Shown: positions 46,959 to 59,588 of the stretch, piece after piece
How positions within the stretch are numbered: the stretch's first letter is position 1
Layout of the letters: each line of letters opens with the position of its first letter
Assembly: GCA_963814385.1 (NCBI GenBank)
Contig: CAWFCX010000050.1
Span: 123,891-187,890 of the forward strand
Length of the DNA stretch: 64,000 bases
DNA from: an uncultured beta proteobacterium
Lineage (GTDB): Bacteria > Pseudomonadota > Gammaproteobacteria > Burkholderiales > Burkholderiaceae_C
Direction of reading: 5' to 3'
Translations under genes and position numbers: made by a program
Notes under the pieces: generated by a model
The model's input: only the letters and a program-made list of their open reading frames with translations
Told to the model about the DNA's origin: nothing
Database searches by the model: none

Positions 46959-49423
46959 TGCCTGGACAGCGAGGCTGCCGATGTGCTGTTGCCGCCCCCG
47001 CGCAGCGCGGACAACTGCTTGCGAGCACGCGCCGTCGCGCGCTCGATCAGGTACGCGTTTTCGAAGGCGCGCAGGCGACCCGTTTCGCAAAGCCGGTACA
47101 ACATGCGCGCCGTCATCGAAATCGCGTGTTGATGATCCTTGCCGCGCGTGAAGACGAAGAAGGTGCGGCCCGGGCTGATGTGAGACAGGCGGACTTTGTG
47201 CCACTGGCCTTCGAAGTGCATGCGGTACGAAAAGCCGATCTGCACATGGTCGGCCAGCGTCGCGCCTTTGGTGGGCTCGATCGGTTCGGGCTCCGGCAGG
47301 CCGTCGATCATCTGGTCCTGTTCGGTGACCTCGGGTTCGGCCTCTTCGGCCGAAAGGTCGATGTCGATGCTGCCGTCCCAGTCGATCGCGCTCTCTTCGA
47401 CCAGGCCGATGCGCTGCGCTTCCTCGGGCGTGAACGGTTCGACCACCACGTCGTCGAGCACGGGGATGGCGGACAGCCCGCGCACGTTGTCCTCGGGACG
47501 TGGCAGCGGCGTGGCCATGATGGCGTCGAGTTGGCGCGACAGCAGGTTGTAGTCGAGCATGCGCATCGACTCGCGCTTGAGAGAGGCCGCATGCGCCGGC
47601 AACAGCTTGGCGAAGAAATCCTTCTTCGCGGCGGGCGGCCAGCCGATCAGCGCGATGCCATCGTTCAAGTCGCGCATCAGCTGCGGCAAACGCACCAGGA
47701 AGGCTTTGCGATCCGCGGGCGATCCCTTGGGCTGCACGCTCATCACCAGTTCGCGACCGCCGATGCGCAGGCGCTTCATCTCCTCGCTGTCGGCGCCATA
47801 TTTCAGTGAGGCCTTCATCAGCGCCTGGCTCCAGACCTGCGTCAGGAACTGGCGCATGAACTCGTCCATCGGCACCGGCGTCAATGCGCTGTGCAACTGC
47901 TGCGTGAAGCGCTGCTGTACCAGCAGCTCACTTTCTTTGTTGTCGAGCACATTGCCAGCGTCACTCTGCGCCTCGACATCACGCTTGACCTGGTCGGCAA
48001 CGAAGGCCTCAAGCTTGTCGAGCGTCTGCTCATAGACCAGCATCTGGTCGAAATCGCCGCCGACGATCTCGTCAACCAGTTGGCGAACCAGTTCGAGGAA
48101 GTGCTGGCCGGGGCCCTGCCCGAAGTCTTCGAAGGCGACCGCCAGCGAAGCGATGCGGTTGACCAGCCGGCGCACCGGGTGCCGGCGCGATGAGAAGAAG
48201 GTGGCGTCACCAAGCGCGGCGCGCAGCACCGGGAGTTGCAGGCGGGCAATATGGCGCGCCATCTGCGGCGCGATTTTCGGGTCGGCCAGGATCTGGTCGA
48301 ACAGGCTGCCGACCACGTCGATCACCATGTGATCGAGCGAGCCGCTGGCGGTGCGGCGCAACTCGTCGCGATTGGCGACGATCACATTGGGCGGCAGCGG
48401 CGCCCCGCTTGCGTCCAAGCTGCTGGCGGCTACGAGCTGGGCGTCGGTGGCGAGGTTGCCCAGCATGGCAAGGCGCCGTATAAGCGTCATGACCTCGGCG
48501 TCGACCTGGCCGATGGTTACTCCAGCGCTGCTGTAGCCGCCGCTGCGGTTGCCTTGGCTGCCAGGACCATAGCCACCACTGCTGGCCATTCCCGAGCGGG
48601 TGGTCGGCACGCCGGAGGACCCGGAGGAAGCGGCTGAACCGGACGAGCTCGAAAACAGGCCTGCGCTGCTGTCGCCGGCCTCCCCATCCATGCCCACCGG
48701 GCGGCCCTGGGTGTCGTAGCCGGTGTGCGCGTGGGCTTGGTGCGCGGGGTCGTTGCCGGGGCCCTGCACACCGCGCACTGTCATGTCCGGCGCGCGCACG
48801 CCGGCTGACTTGAGCTCCTGCACGATCGTGCCGTACAGGGTTGGCATCGCGCTGGCGAGGCTGCGGCCCATTTGCTCGGTCAGCAGACGCCGAACGTCGG
48901 GCCGATCACTGACGGCGTCGCAGGCCGTGACCATCGAGCGGCCCAGCAGCTCGGGGCGAAGCGGATTGCGGTACTCGCCATCGGCACGGCTGGCGGTGTG
49001 CAGCAAGCCCATCAACAGCGTGTCGAGTTCGCGCAGTTCCCACTCGCAATCGTGCCGCAGAGTCAACGCAATGCGATCGGCGGTGACCTGGTTTTCGACT
49101 TCGCGGTCTTCGACCAGCGTCAGGCTCTGCCAAGTGGACCCGAGCTTGCTGTTGAATTTCGACGGGCTCGTCTCAAGGCGCCGCAATTCGCGCAGCACGC
49201 CATCGTCGAGGTGCTCGTTGAAGGTCATCACGTAGGCCGAATGACGCTTGTTGAGCTCGAACTGCGCCGCCAGAAACTGTTCGCGTTCGATCGTGCGGCT
49301 GCTGGCCAGCGCTGCCAAGCCCAACGAATCCACGCAGCGCAGCGCGGCATCGCGCGCGGCGGCCTTCACGCGCTGTGCGGCCGCCTTAAGGGCGGGGGGA
49401 ACGACGGGAGCGGAGGGAATCAT
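46955..49423 (-). CDS. DUF1631-like large cytoplasmic protein
   Basis: 822-aa ORF with ATG at 49423. Ser/Gly-rich insert. Family assignment from overall resemblance only. Confidence 0.55.
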   Translation of the reverse strand: MIPSAPVVPPALKAAAQRVKAAARDAALRCVDSLGLAALASSRTIEREQFLAAQFELNKRHSAYVMTFNEHLDDGVLRELRRLETSPSKFNSKLGSTWQSLTLVEDREVENQVTADRIALTLRHDCEWELRELDTLLMGLLHTASRADGEYRNPLRPELLGRSMVTACDAVSDRPDVRRLLTEQMGRSLASAMPTLYGTIVQELKSAGVRAPDMTVRGVQGPGNDPAHQAHAHTGYDTQGRPVGMDGEAGDSSAGLFSSSSGSAASSGSSGVPTTRSGMASSGGYGPGSQGNRSGGYSSAGVTIGQVDAEVMTLIRRLAMLGNLATDAQLVAASSLDASGAPLPPNVIVANRDELRRTASGSLDHMVIDVVGSLFDQILADPKIAPQMARHIARLQLPVLRAALGDATFFSSRRHPVRRLVNRIASLAVAFEDFGQGPGQHFLELVRQLVDEIVGGDFDQMLVYEQTLDKLEAFVADQVKRDVEAQSDAGNVLDNKESELLVQQRFTQQLHSALTPVPMDEFMRQFLTQVWSQALMKASLKYGADSEEMKRLRIGGRELVMSVQPKGSPADRKAFLVRLPQLMRDLNDGIALIGWPPAAKKDFFAKLLPAHAASLKRESMRMLDYNLLSRQLDAIMATPLPRPEDNVRGLSAIPVLDDVVVEPFTPEEAQRIGLVEESAIDWDGSIDIDLSAEEAEPEVTEQDQMIDGLPEPEPIEPTKGATLADHVQIGFSYRMHFEGQWHKVRLSHISPGRTFFVFTRGKDHQHAISMTARMLYRLCETGRLRAFENAYLIERATARARKQLSALRGGGNSTSAASLSRH

Positions 49424-49475
49424 GGGGGCAGGGCGCTACATTGGCGCTGTGGGCTCCTTCGACATCAGGATCGAG

Positions 49476-49509
49476 CAGAAAAATGCCGCGCCTGAACCAG
49501 GCGCGGCAT
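49476..49509 (-). terminator. rho-independent terminator of mscL
   Basis: On the minus strand, ATGCCGCGCCT-GGTTC-AGGCGCGGCAT (11-bp stem) is followed by TTTTTCTGC. Confidence 0.8.
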
Positions 49510-49562
49510 CAAGTATGCGTCCAAATCTGGCGCATCGCGCGGCCCGCTGCGGGCCGCCGGTC

Positions 49563-49982
49563 TCACTTCTTCAACGCGTCGCGGATCTCGCGCAGCAGCA
49601 CCGTGTCTTCGGGCGGGGGCGGGGGCGCATTGACGGTGTTGGTCTTCAGCCGGTTGATCTGCTTGATCATCATGAAGATGATGAAGGCCAGGATGATGAA
49701 GTTGATCGCCACGGTGATGAAGTTGCCATAGGCGAACACCGGCACGCCGGCCTTGGTCAGCGCCTCGTAGGTCTGCGGGACGCCCGCAGGCCCGTCGGCC
49801 AGCTTGATGAAGTAGTTGGTGAAGTCAAGGCCGCCGAAAATCTTGCCCACGACCGGCATGATCAGATCCTTGACGATCGAATCGACAATCTTGCCGAAGG
49901 CCGCGCCGATGATGACGCCGACCGCGAGGTCGACGACGTTGCCCTTCATCGCAAACTCTTTGAACTCGCTCATGAAACTCAT
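49563..49982 (-). CDS. mscL: large-conductance mechanosensitive channel
   Basis: 139 aa. Motif [30 protein letters not shown]. Confidence 0.95.
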   Translation of the reverse strand: MSFMSEFKEFAMKGNVVDLAVGVIIGAAFGKIVDSIVKDLIMPVVGKIFGGLDFTNYFIKLADGPAGVPQTYEALTKAGVPVFAYGNFITVAINFIILAFIIFMMIKQINRLKTNTVNAPPPPPEDTVLLREIRDALKK

Positions 49983-50157
49983 CTGCGCTTCTCCTCAGGG
50001 ATGGTTGGTAGGGAACGATAAACACAACGACACGAGGTTCGCGTCGGCGGCGCGCAGTATTGCCCATCAGTTCTTCGCGTCAAGCCCGGTCGGACCCGAC
50101 AAATGCGTCCGCTAGAATTGGCGGTTGTCCAGCATTCCAAGCCCGACGAGGAAATTC

Positions 50158-50757
50158 ATGAGCCAAGATGCCATCGACCCGAGCCGCCGTGCCTGGGTGG
50201 GTATCGCCTGCGGCGCAGGCGCGGTAGGTGCAGCAGCAGTCGCGGTGCCGTTCGTTTCGAGCTTTGCGCCGTCTGAGCGCGCCAAGGCTGCCGGAGCTGC
50301 AGTCGAAGTTGACATCAGCGCCCTCAAGCCCGGCGAGATGAAGACCGTGGAGTGGCGCGGCAAGCCGGTTTGGATCGTCAAGCGCACTCCCGAGCAGTTG
50401 GAGTCGCTGAAGAAGACCGATCCCAAAGTGGCCGACCCCGAGAGCAAGCGCAAGCCAGACGAGCTGACGCCCGAGTACGCGCGCAACCAGTACCGTTCGC
50501 GCAAGCCCGAGTTGCTCGTCGCCGTGGGCATCTGCTCGCACCTGGGCTGCTCGCCGACTGACAAGTTCACTCCGGGCGCGCAGCCGAGTCTGCCCGACGA
50601 CTGGCAGGGCGGCTTCTTCTGCCCGTGCCACGGTTCGATGTTCGACTTGGCTGGCCGTGTCTACAAGAATGTGCCGGCCCCCGACAACCTCGAAGTGCCG
50701 CCGCACATGTTCCTCTCCGACAGCAAGCTGCTGATCGGCGAAGACAAGAAGGCGTGA
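50158..50757 (+). CDS. petA: ubiquinol-cytochrome c reductase, Rieske iron-sulfur subunit
   Basis: GAGGA SD before ATG 50158. Tat-like SRRAW. Rieske boxes CSHLGC and CPCHGS. Confidence 0.93.
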   Translation: MSQDAIDPSRRAWVGIACGAGAVGAAAVAVPFVSSFAPSERAKAAGAAVEVDISALKPGEMKTVEWRGKPVWIVKRTPEQLESLKKTDPKVADPESKRKPDELTPEYARNQYRSRKPELLVAVGICSHLGCSPTDKFTPGAQPSLPDDWQGGFFCPCHGSMFDLAGRVYKNVPAPDNLEVPPHMFLSDSKLLIGEDKKA

Positions 50758-50791
50758 TCAGCGCTTCCCGAGTTCAAAGAGGCAATTGACG

Positions 50792-52255
50792 ATGGCTGAT
50801 TTCAAGGAACTGCCGGCCAGCGCGCCGGTGACGGCGCAGGTCACGAACTGGTTCGAGAACCGCTTCCCGACCGCTTTCGCCGAGTACAAGAAGCACCTGT
50901 CCGAGTACTACGCGCCGAAGAATTTCAACTTCTGGTACTTCTTCGGCTCGCTGGCGCTGCTGGTGCTGGTGATCCAGATCGTCACCGGCATATTCCTGGT
51001 GATGCACTACAAGCCCGACGCGGCGCTGGCCTTCGCCTCGGTCGAGTACATCATGCGCGACGTGCCCGGCGGCTGGCTGATCCGCTACATGCACTCCACC
51101 GGCGCCTCGGCCTTCTTCGTCGTGGTGTACCTGCACATGTTCCGCGGCCTGATCTACGGCAGCTACCGCAAGCCGCGAGAGCTGGTCTGGATCTTCGGCG
51201 TGGCGATCTTCCTGTGCCTGATGGGCGAGGCCTTCATGGGTTATCTGCTGCCCTGGGGCCAGATGAGCTACTGGGGCGCGCAGGTCATCATCAACCTGTT
51301 CGCCGCCATTCCCTTCGTCGGCAACGATCTGGCGCTGCTGATCCGCGGCGACTACGTGGTCGGCGACGCGACGCTGAACCGCTTCTTCGCCTTCCACGTC
51401 ATCGCGATTCCGCTGGTCTTGATCGGCCTGGTGGTCGCGCACCTGCTGGCGCTGCACGACGTCGGCTCGAACAACCCGGACGGCGTCGAGATCAAGGCCA
51501 AGAAGGACCCGAAGACCGGCATCCCACTCGACGGCATCCCGTTCCACCCGTACTACACCGTGCACGACATCCTGGGCGTGTCGGTGTTCCTGATGATCTT
51601 CAGCGCGATCGTGTTCTTCGCGCCGGAGATGGGCGGCTACTTCCTTGAGTTCAACAACTTCATCCCGGCCGACCCGTTGAAGACGCCGGCGCACATTGCC
51701 CCGGTCTGGTACTTCACGCCGTACTACTCGATGTTGCGTGCCACCACGTCGAGCCTGATGCCCTGGCTGTGGGCTGGCCTGGTGCTGATCGGCCTGTTCC
51801 TGGTGGCGCGCTCCAAGCTGCCGGCGCTCGTCAAGAGCGCCTACTGGGGCTTGATGGCGCTGCTGTTCTTCCTTTTCGGCGTGCCCGCGATCGTGCTCGG
51901 TTGGTTCAACATCGACCTGGGCATGAAGGTGCTCGCCGGTTTCGACGCCAAGTTCTGGGGCGTGGTGGTGATGGGCGCGGCGACCATGATCCTGTTCTTC
52001 CTGCCCTGGCTGGATCACAGCCCGGTGAAGTCGATCCGCTACCGGCCCGGTTGGCACAAATATGTGTACGCCGTCTTCGTCGTCGTCTTCCTGATCCTCG
52101 GCTGGCTCGGCGTCGAGACGGTGTCGCCCGAAAAGACCTTGATGGCGCAGATCGGCACGCTCTACTACTTCGGCTTCTTCCTGTTGATGCCGTGGTGGAG
52201 CCGTCTGGGTGAGTTCAAACCGGTGCCTGACCGCGTGGTCTTCAACGCCCATTGA
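50792..52255 (+). CDS. petB: cytochrome b
   Basis: ATG at 50792 (the track ORF starts at TTG 50786). Motifs WYFFGSLAL, RYMHSTGAS and PVWYFTPYY. Confidence 0.93.
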   Translation: MADFKELPASAPVTAQVTNWFENRFPTAFAEYKKHLSEYYAPKNFNFWYFFGSLALLVLVIQIVTGIFLVMHYKPDAALAFASVEYIMRDVPGGWLIRYMHSTGASAFFVVVYLHMFRGLIYGSYRKPRELVWIFGVAIFLCLMGEAFMGYLLPWGQMSYWGAQVIINLFAAIPFVGNDLALLIRGDYVVGDATLNRFFAFHVIAIPLVLIGLVVAHLLALHDVGSNNPDGVEIKAKKDPKTGIPLDGIPFHPYYTVHDILGVSVFLMIFSAIVFFAPEMGGYFLEFNNFIPADPLKTPAHIAPVWYFTPYYSMLRATTSSLMPWLWAGLVLIGLFLVARSKLPALVKSAYWGLMALLFFLFGVPAIVLGWFNIDLGMKVLAGFDAKFWGVVVMGAATMILFFLPWLDHSPVKSIRYRPGWHKYVYAVFVVVFLILGWLGVETVSPEKTLMAQIGTLYYFGFFLLMPWWSRLGEFKPVPDRVVFNAH

Positions 52256-52259
52256 TCCG

Positions 52260-53042
52260 ATGACGATGATGAGCAACAACAACATGATCAAGCGCCTGCT
52301 CGCAAGCATCCTGCTCGCCGCCGCCGGCATTGCCAACGCCGCCAGCGACGGTGTGGCCTGGGACCGCTTCCCGACCGAGAAGCTGGCCGATCAGGCCTCG
52401 CTGCAAAACGGCGCCAAGCTGTTCGTCAACTACTGCTTGAACTGCCACGCCGCGTCTTACATGCGCTTCAACCGTATGCAGGAGATCGGCCTGACGCCCG
52501 AGCAGATCAAGAGCAACCTGCTGTTCACGACCGACAAGGTCGGCGAGACGATGAAGGTCTCGATGGACGCCAAGAACGCCAAGGAATGGTTCGGCGCTGC
52601 GCCGCCGGATCTGTCGGTGATCGCGCGTTCGCGCGCCGGCGCCGGTGGCAGCGGCGCTGACTATCTCTACACCTACCTGCGCACCTACTACCGCGACGAC
52701 AGCAAGCCCACGGGCTGGAACAACCTGGCCTTCCCGAACGTCGGCATGCCGCATGTGCTGTGGGAGCTGCAAGGCGAGCGCCGGCCGCTGTACGAGAAGA
52801 GAAAAGACCACGGCAAGGAAGCCGATGTTTTCACCGGCAAGTGGGAAGTCATCAAGGCCGGCACGCGCGATGCGCGCGCCTACGACGATGACGTTGCCGA
52901 TCTGGTGGCCTTCATGCAATGGATGGGCGAGCCGGTGCAGAAGTCGCGCGTGCAGATCGGCGTCTGGGTGCTGCTGTTCCTGGCCGTCTTCACCGTCATC
53001 GCCTGGTTCCTGAACGCTGCTTACTGGAAGAACATCAAGTAG
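52260..53042 (+). CDS. petC: cytochrome c1
   Basis: ATG at 52260 (alternative ATGs up to 52284). Signal peptide IKRLLASILLAAAGIANA. Heme motif CLNCH. C-terminal TM anchor. Confidence 0.9.
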   Translation: MTMMSNNNMIKRLLASILLAAAGIANAASDGVAWDRFPTEKLADQASLQNGAKLFVNYCLNCHAASYMRFNRMQEIGLTPEQIKSNLLFTTDKVGETMKVSMDAKNAKEWFGAAPPDLSVIARSRAGAGGSGADYLYTYLRTYYRDDSKPTGWNNLAFPNVGMPHVLWELQGERRPLYEKRKDHGKEADVFTGKWEVIKAGTRDARAYDDDVADLVAFMQWMGEPVQKSRVQIGVWVLLFLAVFTVIAWFLNAAYWKNIK

Positions 53043-53060
53043 CCGTTGATCCGTCCGACG

Positions 53061-53100
53061 GGCGCAGCGGCTGCTCCGCAGCCGCTGCGCCTCGCGTTTT
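53061..53100 (+). terminator. rho-independent terminator after petC
   Basis: GGCGCAGCGGCTG-CTCCG-CAGCCGCTGCGCC (13-bp stem) followed by TCGCGTTTT. Confidence 0.75.
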
Positions 53101-53138
53101 AAAGCTTTACCGACACCGAACAACAGGAGCCCGCCCCC

Positions 53139-53753
53139 ATGATGGTGCTTTACTCCGGAACGACTGATCCTTACTCGCACCGCTGCCGCTTCGTGCTGTT
53201 CGAGAAGGGCATGGATTTCGAAATCCGCGACGTCGATGTCTTCGCCAAACCCGAAGACATCGCGCTGATGAACCCGTACAACGAGGTGCCGATCCTGGTC
53301 GAGCGCGACCTCATCCTGTACGAGTCGCACATCATCAACGAGTACATCGACGAGCGCTTCCCGCATCCGCAGCTGATGCCCGGCGATCCGGTGGCGCGGG
53401 CGCGCGTGCGCCTGTTCCTCTTCAACTTCGAGAAGGAGTTGTTCGCCAACGTCAACATCCTTGAAGGCCGCAGCGTCGCCAAGGGCACCGAGAAACAGCA
53501 GGAGAAGGCGCGTGACCAGATCCGCGACCGCCTGACGCAACTGGCGCCGATCTTCCTGAAGAACAAGTTCATGCTCGGAGACGACTTTTCGATGCTCGAC
53601 GTGGCCATTGCGCCGCTGCTCTGGCGCCTGGATTACTACGGCATCGACCTGTCGAAGAACGCGCTGCCGCTGCTCAAGTACGCCGAGCGCATCTTCTCGC
53701 GGCCGGCGTACATCGAAGCGCTGACGCCGTCCGAAAAGGTGATGCGCAAGTAG
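53139..53753 (+). CDS. sspA: stringent starvation protein A
   Basis: 204-aa GST-like protein. Motifs MVLYSGTTDPYSHRCRFVL and YESHIINEYIDERFPHPQLMP. AGGAG SD. Confidence 0.92.
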   Translation: MMVLYSGTTDPYSHRCRFVLFEKGMDFEIRDVDVFAKPEDIALMNPYNEVPILVERDLILYESHIINEYIDERFPHPQLMPGDPVARARVRLFLFNFEKELFANVNILEGRSVAKGTEKQQEKARDQIRDRLTQLAPIFLKNKFMLGDDFSMLDVAIAPLLWRLDYYGIDLSKNALPLLKYAERIFSRPAYIEALTPSEKVMRK

Positions 53754-53778
53754 GCGCCGGCCGGTGGCGACGATCCCG

Positions 53779-54273
53779 ATGGCACCAGAAGGCCAGGGCA
53801 GCTCGACGCGGCCCTACCTGATCCGTGCGCTGCACGACTGGTGCACCGACAACGGCTTCACGCCCTACATCGCGGTCCATGTCGATGCCGGGGTGCAGGT
53901 GCCCAAGGAGTACGTCAAGAACAACGAGATCGTGCTCAACGTCGGCTTCGAAGCGACGTCGGGCCTGAAGCTCGGCAACGACGTGATCGAGTTCAAGGCG
54001 CGCTTCGGCGGCCAGGCGCGCGAGATCGTCGTGCCGATCGATCACGTGGTGGCGATCTACGCGCGCGAAAATGGCCAGGGCATGGCCTTCCCGGTGCCGA
54101 GTTCGGCGTCGTCCGCCGGGCCGTCGGTGCTGCCGCCGGCCGAAGGCGGCGCACGCGGCACGCCGCCGCGGCTGACCGCCGTCGATACGCTGAGCTCGAA
54201 CAACAGCGAGTCGGAAGAGCCGCCGCCGGCGCCGCCCGGCGGCCCCAAGCCGTCGCTCAAACGCGTGAAATGA
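53779..54273 (+). CDS. sspB: ClpXP specificity-enhancing factor SspB
   Basis: STRPYLIRALHDWCTDNGFTPYI, acidic/Pro-rich linker, C-terminal LKRVK. ATG at 53779 (the track ORF starts at GTG 53764). Confidence 0.9.
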   Translation: MAPEGQGSSTRPYLIRALHDWCTDNGFTPYIAVHVDAGVQVPKEYVKNNEIVLNVGFEATSGLKLGNDVIEFKARFGGQAREIVVPIDHVVAIYARENGQGMAFPVPSSASSAGPSVLPPAEGGARGTPPRLTAVDTLSSNNSESEEPPPAPPGGPKPSLKRVK

Positions 54274-54374
54274 CCACCCCGAAGCGGCTGTCGCCGCCTC
54301 CCCTCAAGGGGCACCGCTGGCGGCCCGGCAGAGCCGGATCCGCGGCGGTTGCTTGAGAAGTCACGGGTCTCGCG
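54270..54374 (+). repeat. long copy (E) of the GC-rich structured repeat family
   Basis: About 80% identical by hand alignment to the reverse complement of 54876..54988. Its first bases ATGA include the sspB stop codon. Confidence 0.7.
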
Positions 54375-54435
54375 TGGTGCGCGCTTGGTCACTGACTTGC
54401 GCGGCGCGCCGGGCCTAGAATCCGCGCCCTGGGCC

Positions 54436-54511
54436 GCCGGCTTAGCTCAGCTGGTAGAGCAACCGCCTTGTAAGCGGTAGGTCATCCGTTCGATTCGGAT
54501 AGCCGGCACCA
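54436..54511 (+). tRNA. tRNA-Thr (anticodon UGU)
   Basis: GCCGGCT..anticodon arm CCGCC-TTGTAAG-CGG.., T arm CATCCG-TTCGATT-CGGAT.., AGCCGGC-A-CCA. 76 nt. Confidence 0.9.
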
Positions 54512-54530
54512 CGCGCTTGTGTTGACAGGG

Positions 54531-54854
54531 TCAGTAAGAGCGCAGGCGAACCCGTATCGGAAGGTCACGGAAGGAACGAGCGCGCAGCTCTTCGTTCAGA
54601 CGGGGCAGTAGTTGACGCAGTTTGGCGGCCACCGCCGCATTGGAGACAAGCAACGACCAGCCCTCATCGTCGATCGGCCCCGGCTTCACTTCGCAGGCCA
54701 ATTTTTCGGGCAGCAGTGGCGCGATGGCCGCGAAACGCTGCTCGGATTGCTGCAGTCTCGCGGCCAAGCTGGACAGGCTGTCGCTCGACGTGATGGCGCG
54801 GTCCAGGCTGATTGGCAGAGGGACCGAAGCAGTGACCGTCTTGCGCGAGTTCAT
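54531..54854 (-). CDS. dciA: DUF721/DciA-like protein
   Basis: ATG at 54854 (MNSRKTVTAS..) inside ORF 54531..54899. GWSLLVSNAAVAAKLRQLLPRL pattern. Conserved position next to M23 peptidase-secA in betaproteobacteria. Confidence 0.6.
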   Translation of the reverse strand: MNSRKTVTASVPLPISLDRAITSSDSLSSLAARLQQSEQRFAAIAPLLPEKLACEVKPGPIDDEGWSLLVSNAAVAAKLRQLLPRLNEELRARSFRDLPIRVRLRSY

Positions 54855-54875
54855 TTCAACGCGGCTGCCGAAAGT

Positions 54876-54988
54876 GACGAGAGACCCGTGTCTTCCCAAG
54901 CAACCGCCACGGAGCCGGCTTTGCCGGGCCGTTGGCGGTGCCCCCTTGAGGCGGAGCGCCGAAGGCGCTCCGGGGGTGGGCCCATCAG
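54876..54988 (-). repeat. long copy (D) of the GC-rich structured repeat family
   Basis: Perfect 9-bp hairpin CGGAGCGCC-GAA-GGCGCTCCG (54952-54972) flanked by CCCCC/GGGGG. The AGGAG SD of the M23 peptidase abuts its outer edge. Confidence 0.75.
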
Positions 54989-55000
54989 GAGTTTAGGCGC

Positions 55001-55993
55001 ATGCAGATCATGATCACCCACGGCAGCCTCGCGACCACGCGCGTGCTGCATGTCAACCGCATCCAGCTCGGCTTGGCGATCGCCGCGCTGGCCGTGGTGC
55101 TGATGTTGCTCTCCGGTTTGGTCTATCACTTCGTCTTTCTGAAAGCGGCGCGTGAAGGCTGGCCGGTGGTCAGCCAGGTGGTCCGTCTGGTGGTGCGCGA
55201 CGAGTTTGCGCAGCGCGACCGCTTCGTGCGCGAGAACCTCGACGTCATGGCCACCAAGGTCGGCGAAATGCAGGCCAAGCTGCTCAAGCTCGAAGCGATG
55301 GGCGATCGCGTGTCCGGTCTGGCAGGCGTCAAGCCCGAAGAGTTCAAGCCGGTGCTGTCGCCGCGGTCAGGCGCCTCGGCGCCGGCCGTTGTCAAAGGAC
55401 AAGGCGGGCCGTTCATTCCAGGGTTGAACGACACCCAGCGCGGCGCGCTCGATGCCTTGGCGGGCAACGTCGATCTGATGGACGAGCGCACCGACCAATA
55501 CACCGACCTGTTCACGCTGATCGAGTCGCGCCTGCTGGAAGGCCGGCTGGCGCAACTGCTGATCCCCAGCACCAAACCCGTGGACGGCCCGGTGGGCTCG
55601 GGCTTCGGCTTTCGCACCGACCCGATCACCGGCCGTGGCGCGCTGCACATGGGCCTGGACTTTCCGGCCGACGTCGGCACGCCGATCGTGGCTGCGGCGG
55701 GCGGCGTGGTCATCAACACGGAAAACCATGCGGCCTACGGCAACATGGTCGAGATCGATCATGGCAGCGGCCTGGTCACACGCTACGCACACGCCTCCAA
55801 GCTGCTGGTGAAGAACGGCGACCTGGTGCGGCGCGGCCAGGCCGTGGCCCAGGTCGGCAACACCGGGCGCTCCACCGGCCCCCACTTGCACTTCGAGGTG
55901 CTGGTCGATCGCGTACCGCAAAACCCGGCCCGGTTCCTCGCTGGCCGTGGCAGCGAAACCAAGCCCGTGGCCGCGAGTCAGCGCCCCCGCTGA
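55001..55993 (+). CDS. M23-family metallopeptidase (membrane-anchored)
   Basis: 330 aa. TM LGLAIAALAVVLMLLSGLVY. Motifs HMGLDF and GNTGRSTGPHLHFEV. Confidence 0.9.
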   Translation: MQIMITHGSLATTRVLHVNRIQLGLAIAALAVVLMLLSGLVYHFVFLKAAREGWPVVSQVVRLVVRDEFAQRDRFVRENLDVMATKVGEMQAKLLKLEAMGDRVSGLAGVKPEEFKPVLSPRSGASAPAVVKGQGGPFIPGLNDTQRGALDALAGNVDLMDERTDQYTDLFTLIESRLLEGRLAQLLIPSTKPVDGPVGSGFGFRTDPITGRGALHMGLDFPADVGTPIVAAAGGVVINTENHAAYGNMVEIDHGSGLVTRYAHASKLLVKNGDLVRRGQAVAQVGNTGRSTGPHLHFEVLVDRVPQNPARFLAGRGSETKPVAASQRPR

Positions 55994-56107
55994 CCCCGCC
56001 GTTAAAATTCGCGGCTTTTTCCCCATCACCCATCGGATGGGGGCTCTCGCGGCTTGAGGATGGCCACAAGCACCTCATCTGCACGACGCACTCCGGACCT
56101 CTCGCCC

Positions 56108-58852
<2,745 letters not shown>

Positions 58853-58856
58853 GCTT

Positions 58857-59588
58857 GTGAGCGAACTGTCGCGTTGCTTCGACCGAGTCTTCGTCGTCAA
58901 CCTGCCGTCGCGTCGCGACCGCTACGACGAGATGGGGGAGCAGTTGCGCAAGGCCGGGCTCGATTGGTCGTCACCCGAGGTGATCCACTTCCCGGCGGTG
59001 CGCCCGGCCGATGACGGCGGCTTTCGCAGCATCGGCGCGCATGGTTGTTATCGCAGCCACCTCGGAGTGATCGAGCACGCCATCGCCGACGGCATCGACT
59101 CGATGTTGCTGCTCGAGGACGACTGCAATCTCAGCGATCAATTCAGCGCGCGCATGCCCGCCATCAACGCCGCGCTGAAGAGCAGCGATTGGTCGATGTT
59201 CTACGGCGGCTATCACCTGCATGGTGTGGAGCCGCCGCGCGCCGACGCTGCGCATCCGATCACGCCCGTGTCGCCCGAGCAGCCGATCTGGCTGGCCCAC
59301 TGTTTCGCGGTGCGCGGCGAAGCGCTGAAGGCGCTGCCGGGGTTGCTGCGCTTGCTGATGTCTCGCCCCGCAGGCGACCCTGCGGGCGGCAAGATGGACG
59401 TCGACGGCGCCTACAGCTGGCTGCGGCGCCTGAACCCGCGGTTCAAGACCTACATCGCCACGCCGGACATCGCCTACCAACGCTCGTCGCGAACCGACAT
59501 CAGCCAACTGTCATGGCGCGACCGAACGCCCGTGATCAGGGAGTTGCTGGCCGTCGGCCGCAAACTGCGCAATCTGCGCGGCCGCTAG
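58857..59588 (+). CDS. glycosyltransferase family 25-like protein
   Basis: 243 aa with a GTG start. VFVVNLPSRRDRYDEM and LLLEDDC resemble the GT25 (LPS beta-1,4-galactosyltransferase type) pattern. Confidence 0.6.
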   Translation: MSELSRCFDRVFVVNLPSRRDRYDEMGEQLRKAGLDWSSPEVIHFPAVRPADDGGFRSIGAHGCYRSHLGVIEHAIADGIDSMLLLEDDCNLSDQFSARMPAINAALKSSDWSMFYGGYHLHGVEPPRADAAHPITPVSPEQPIWLAHCFAVRGEALKALPGLLRLLMSRPAGDPAGGKMDVDGAYSWLRRLNPRFKTYIATPDIAYQRSSRTDISQLSWRDRTPVIRELLAVGRKLRNLRGR

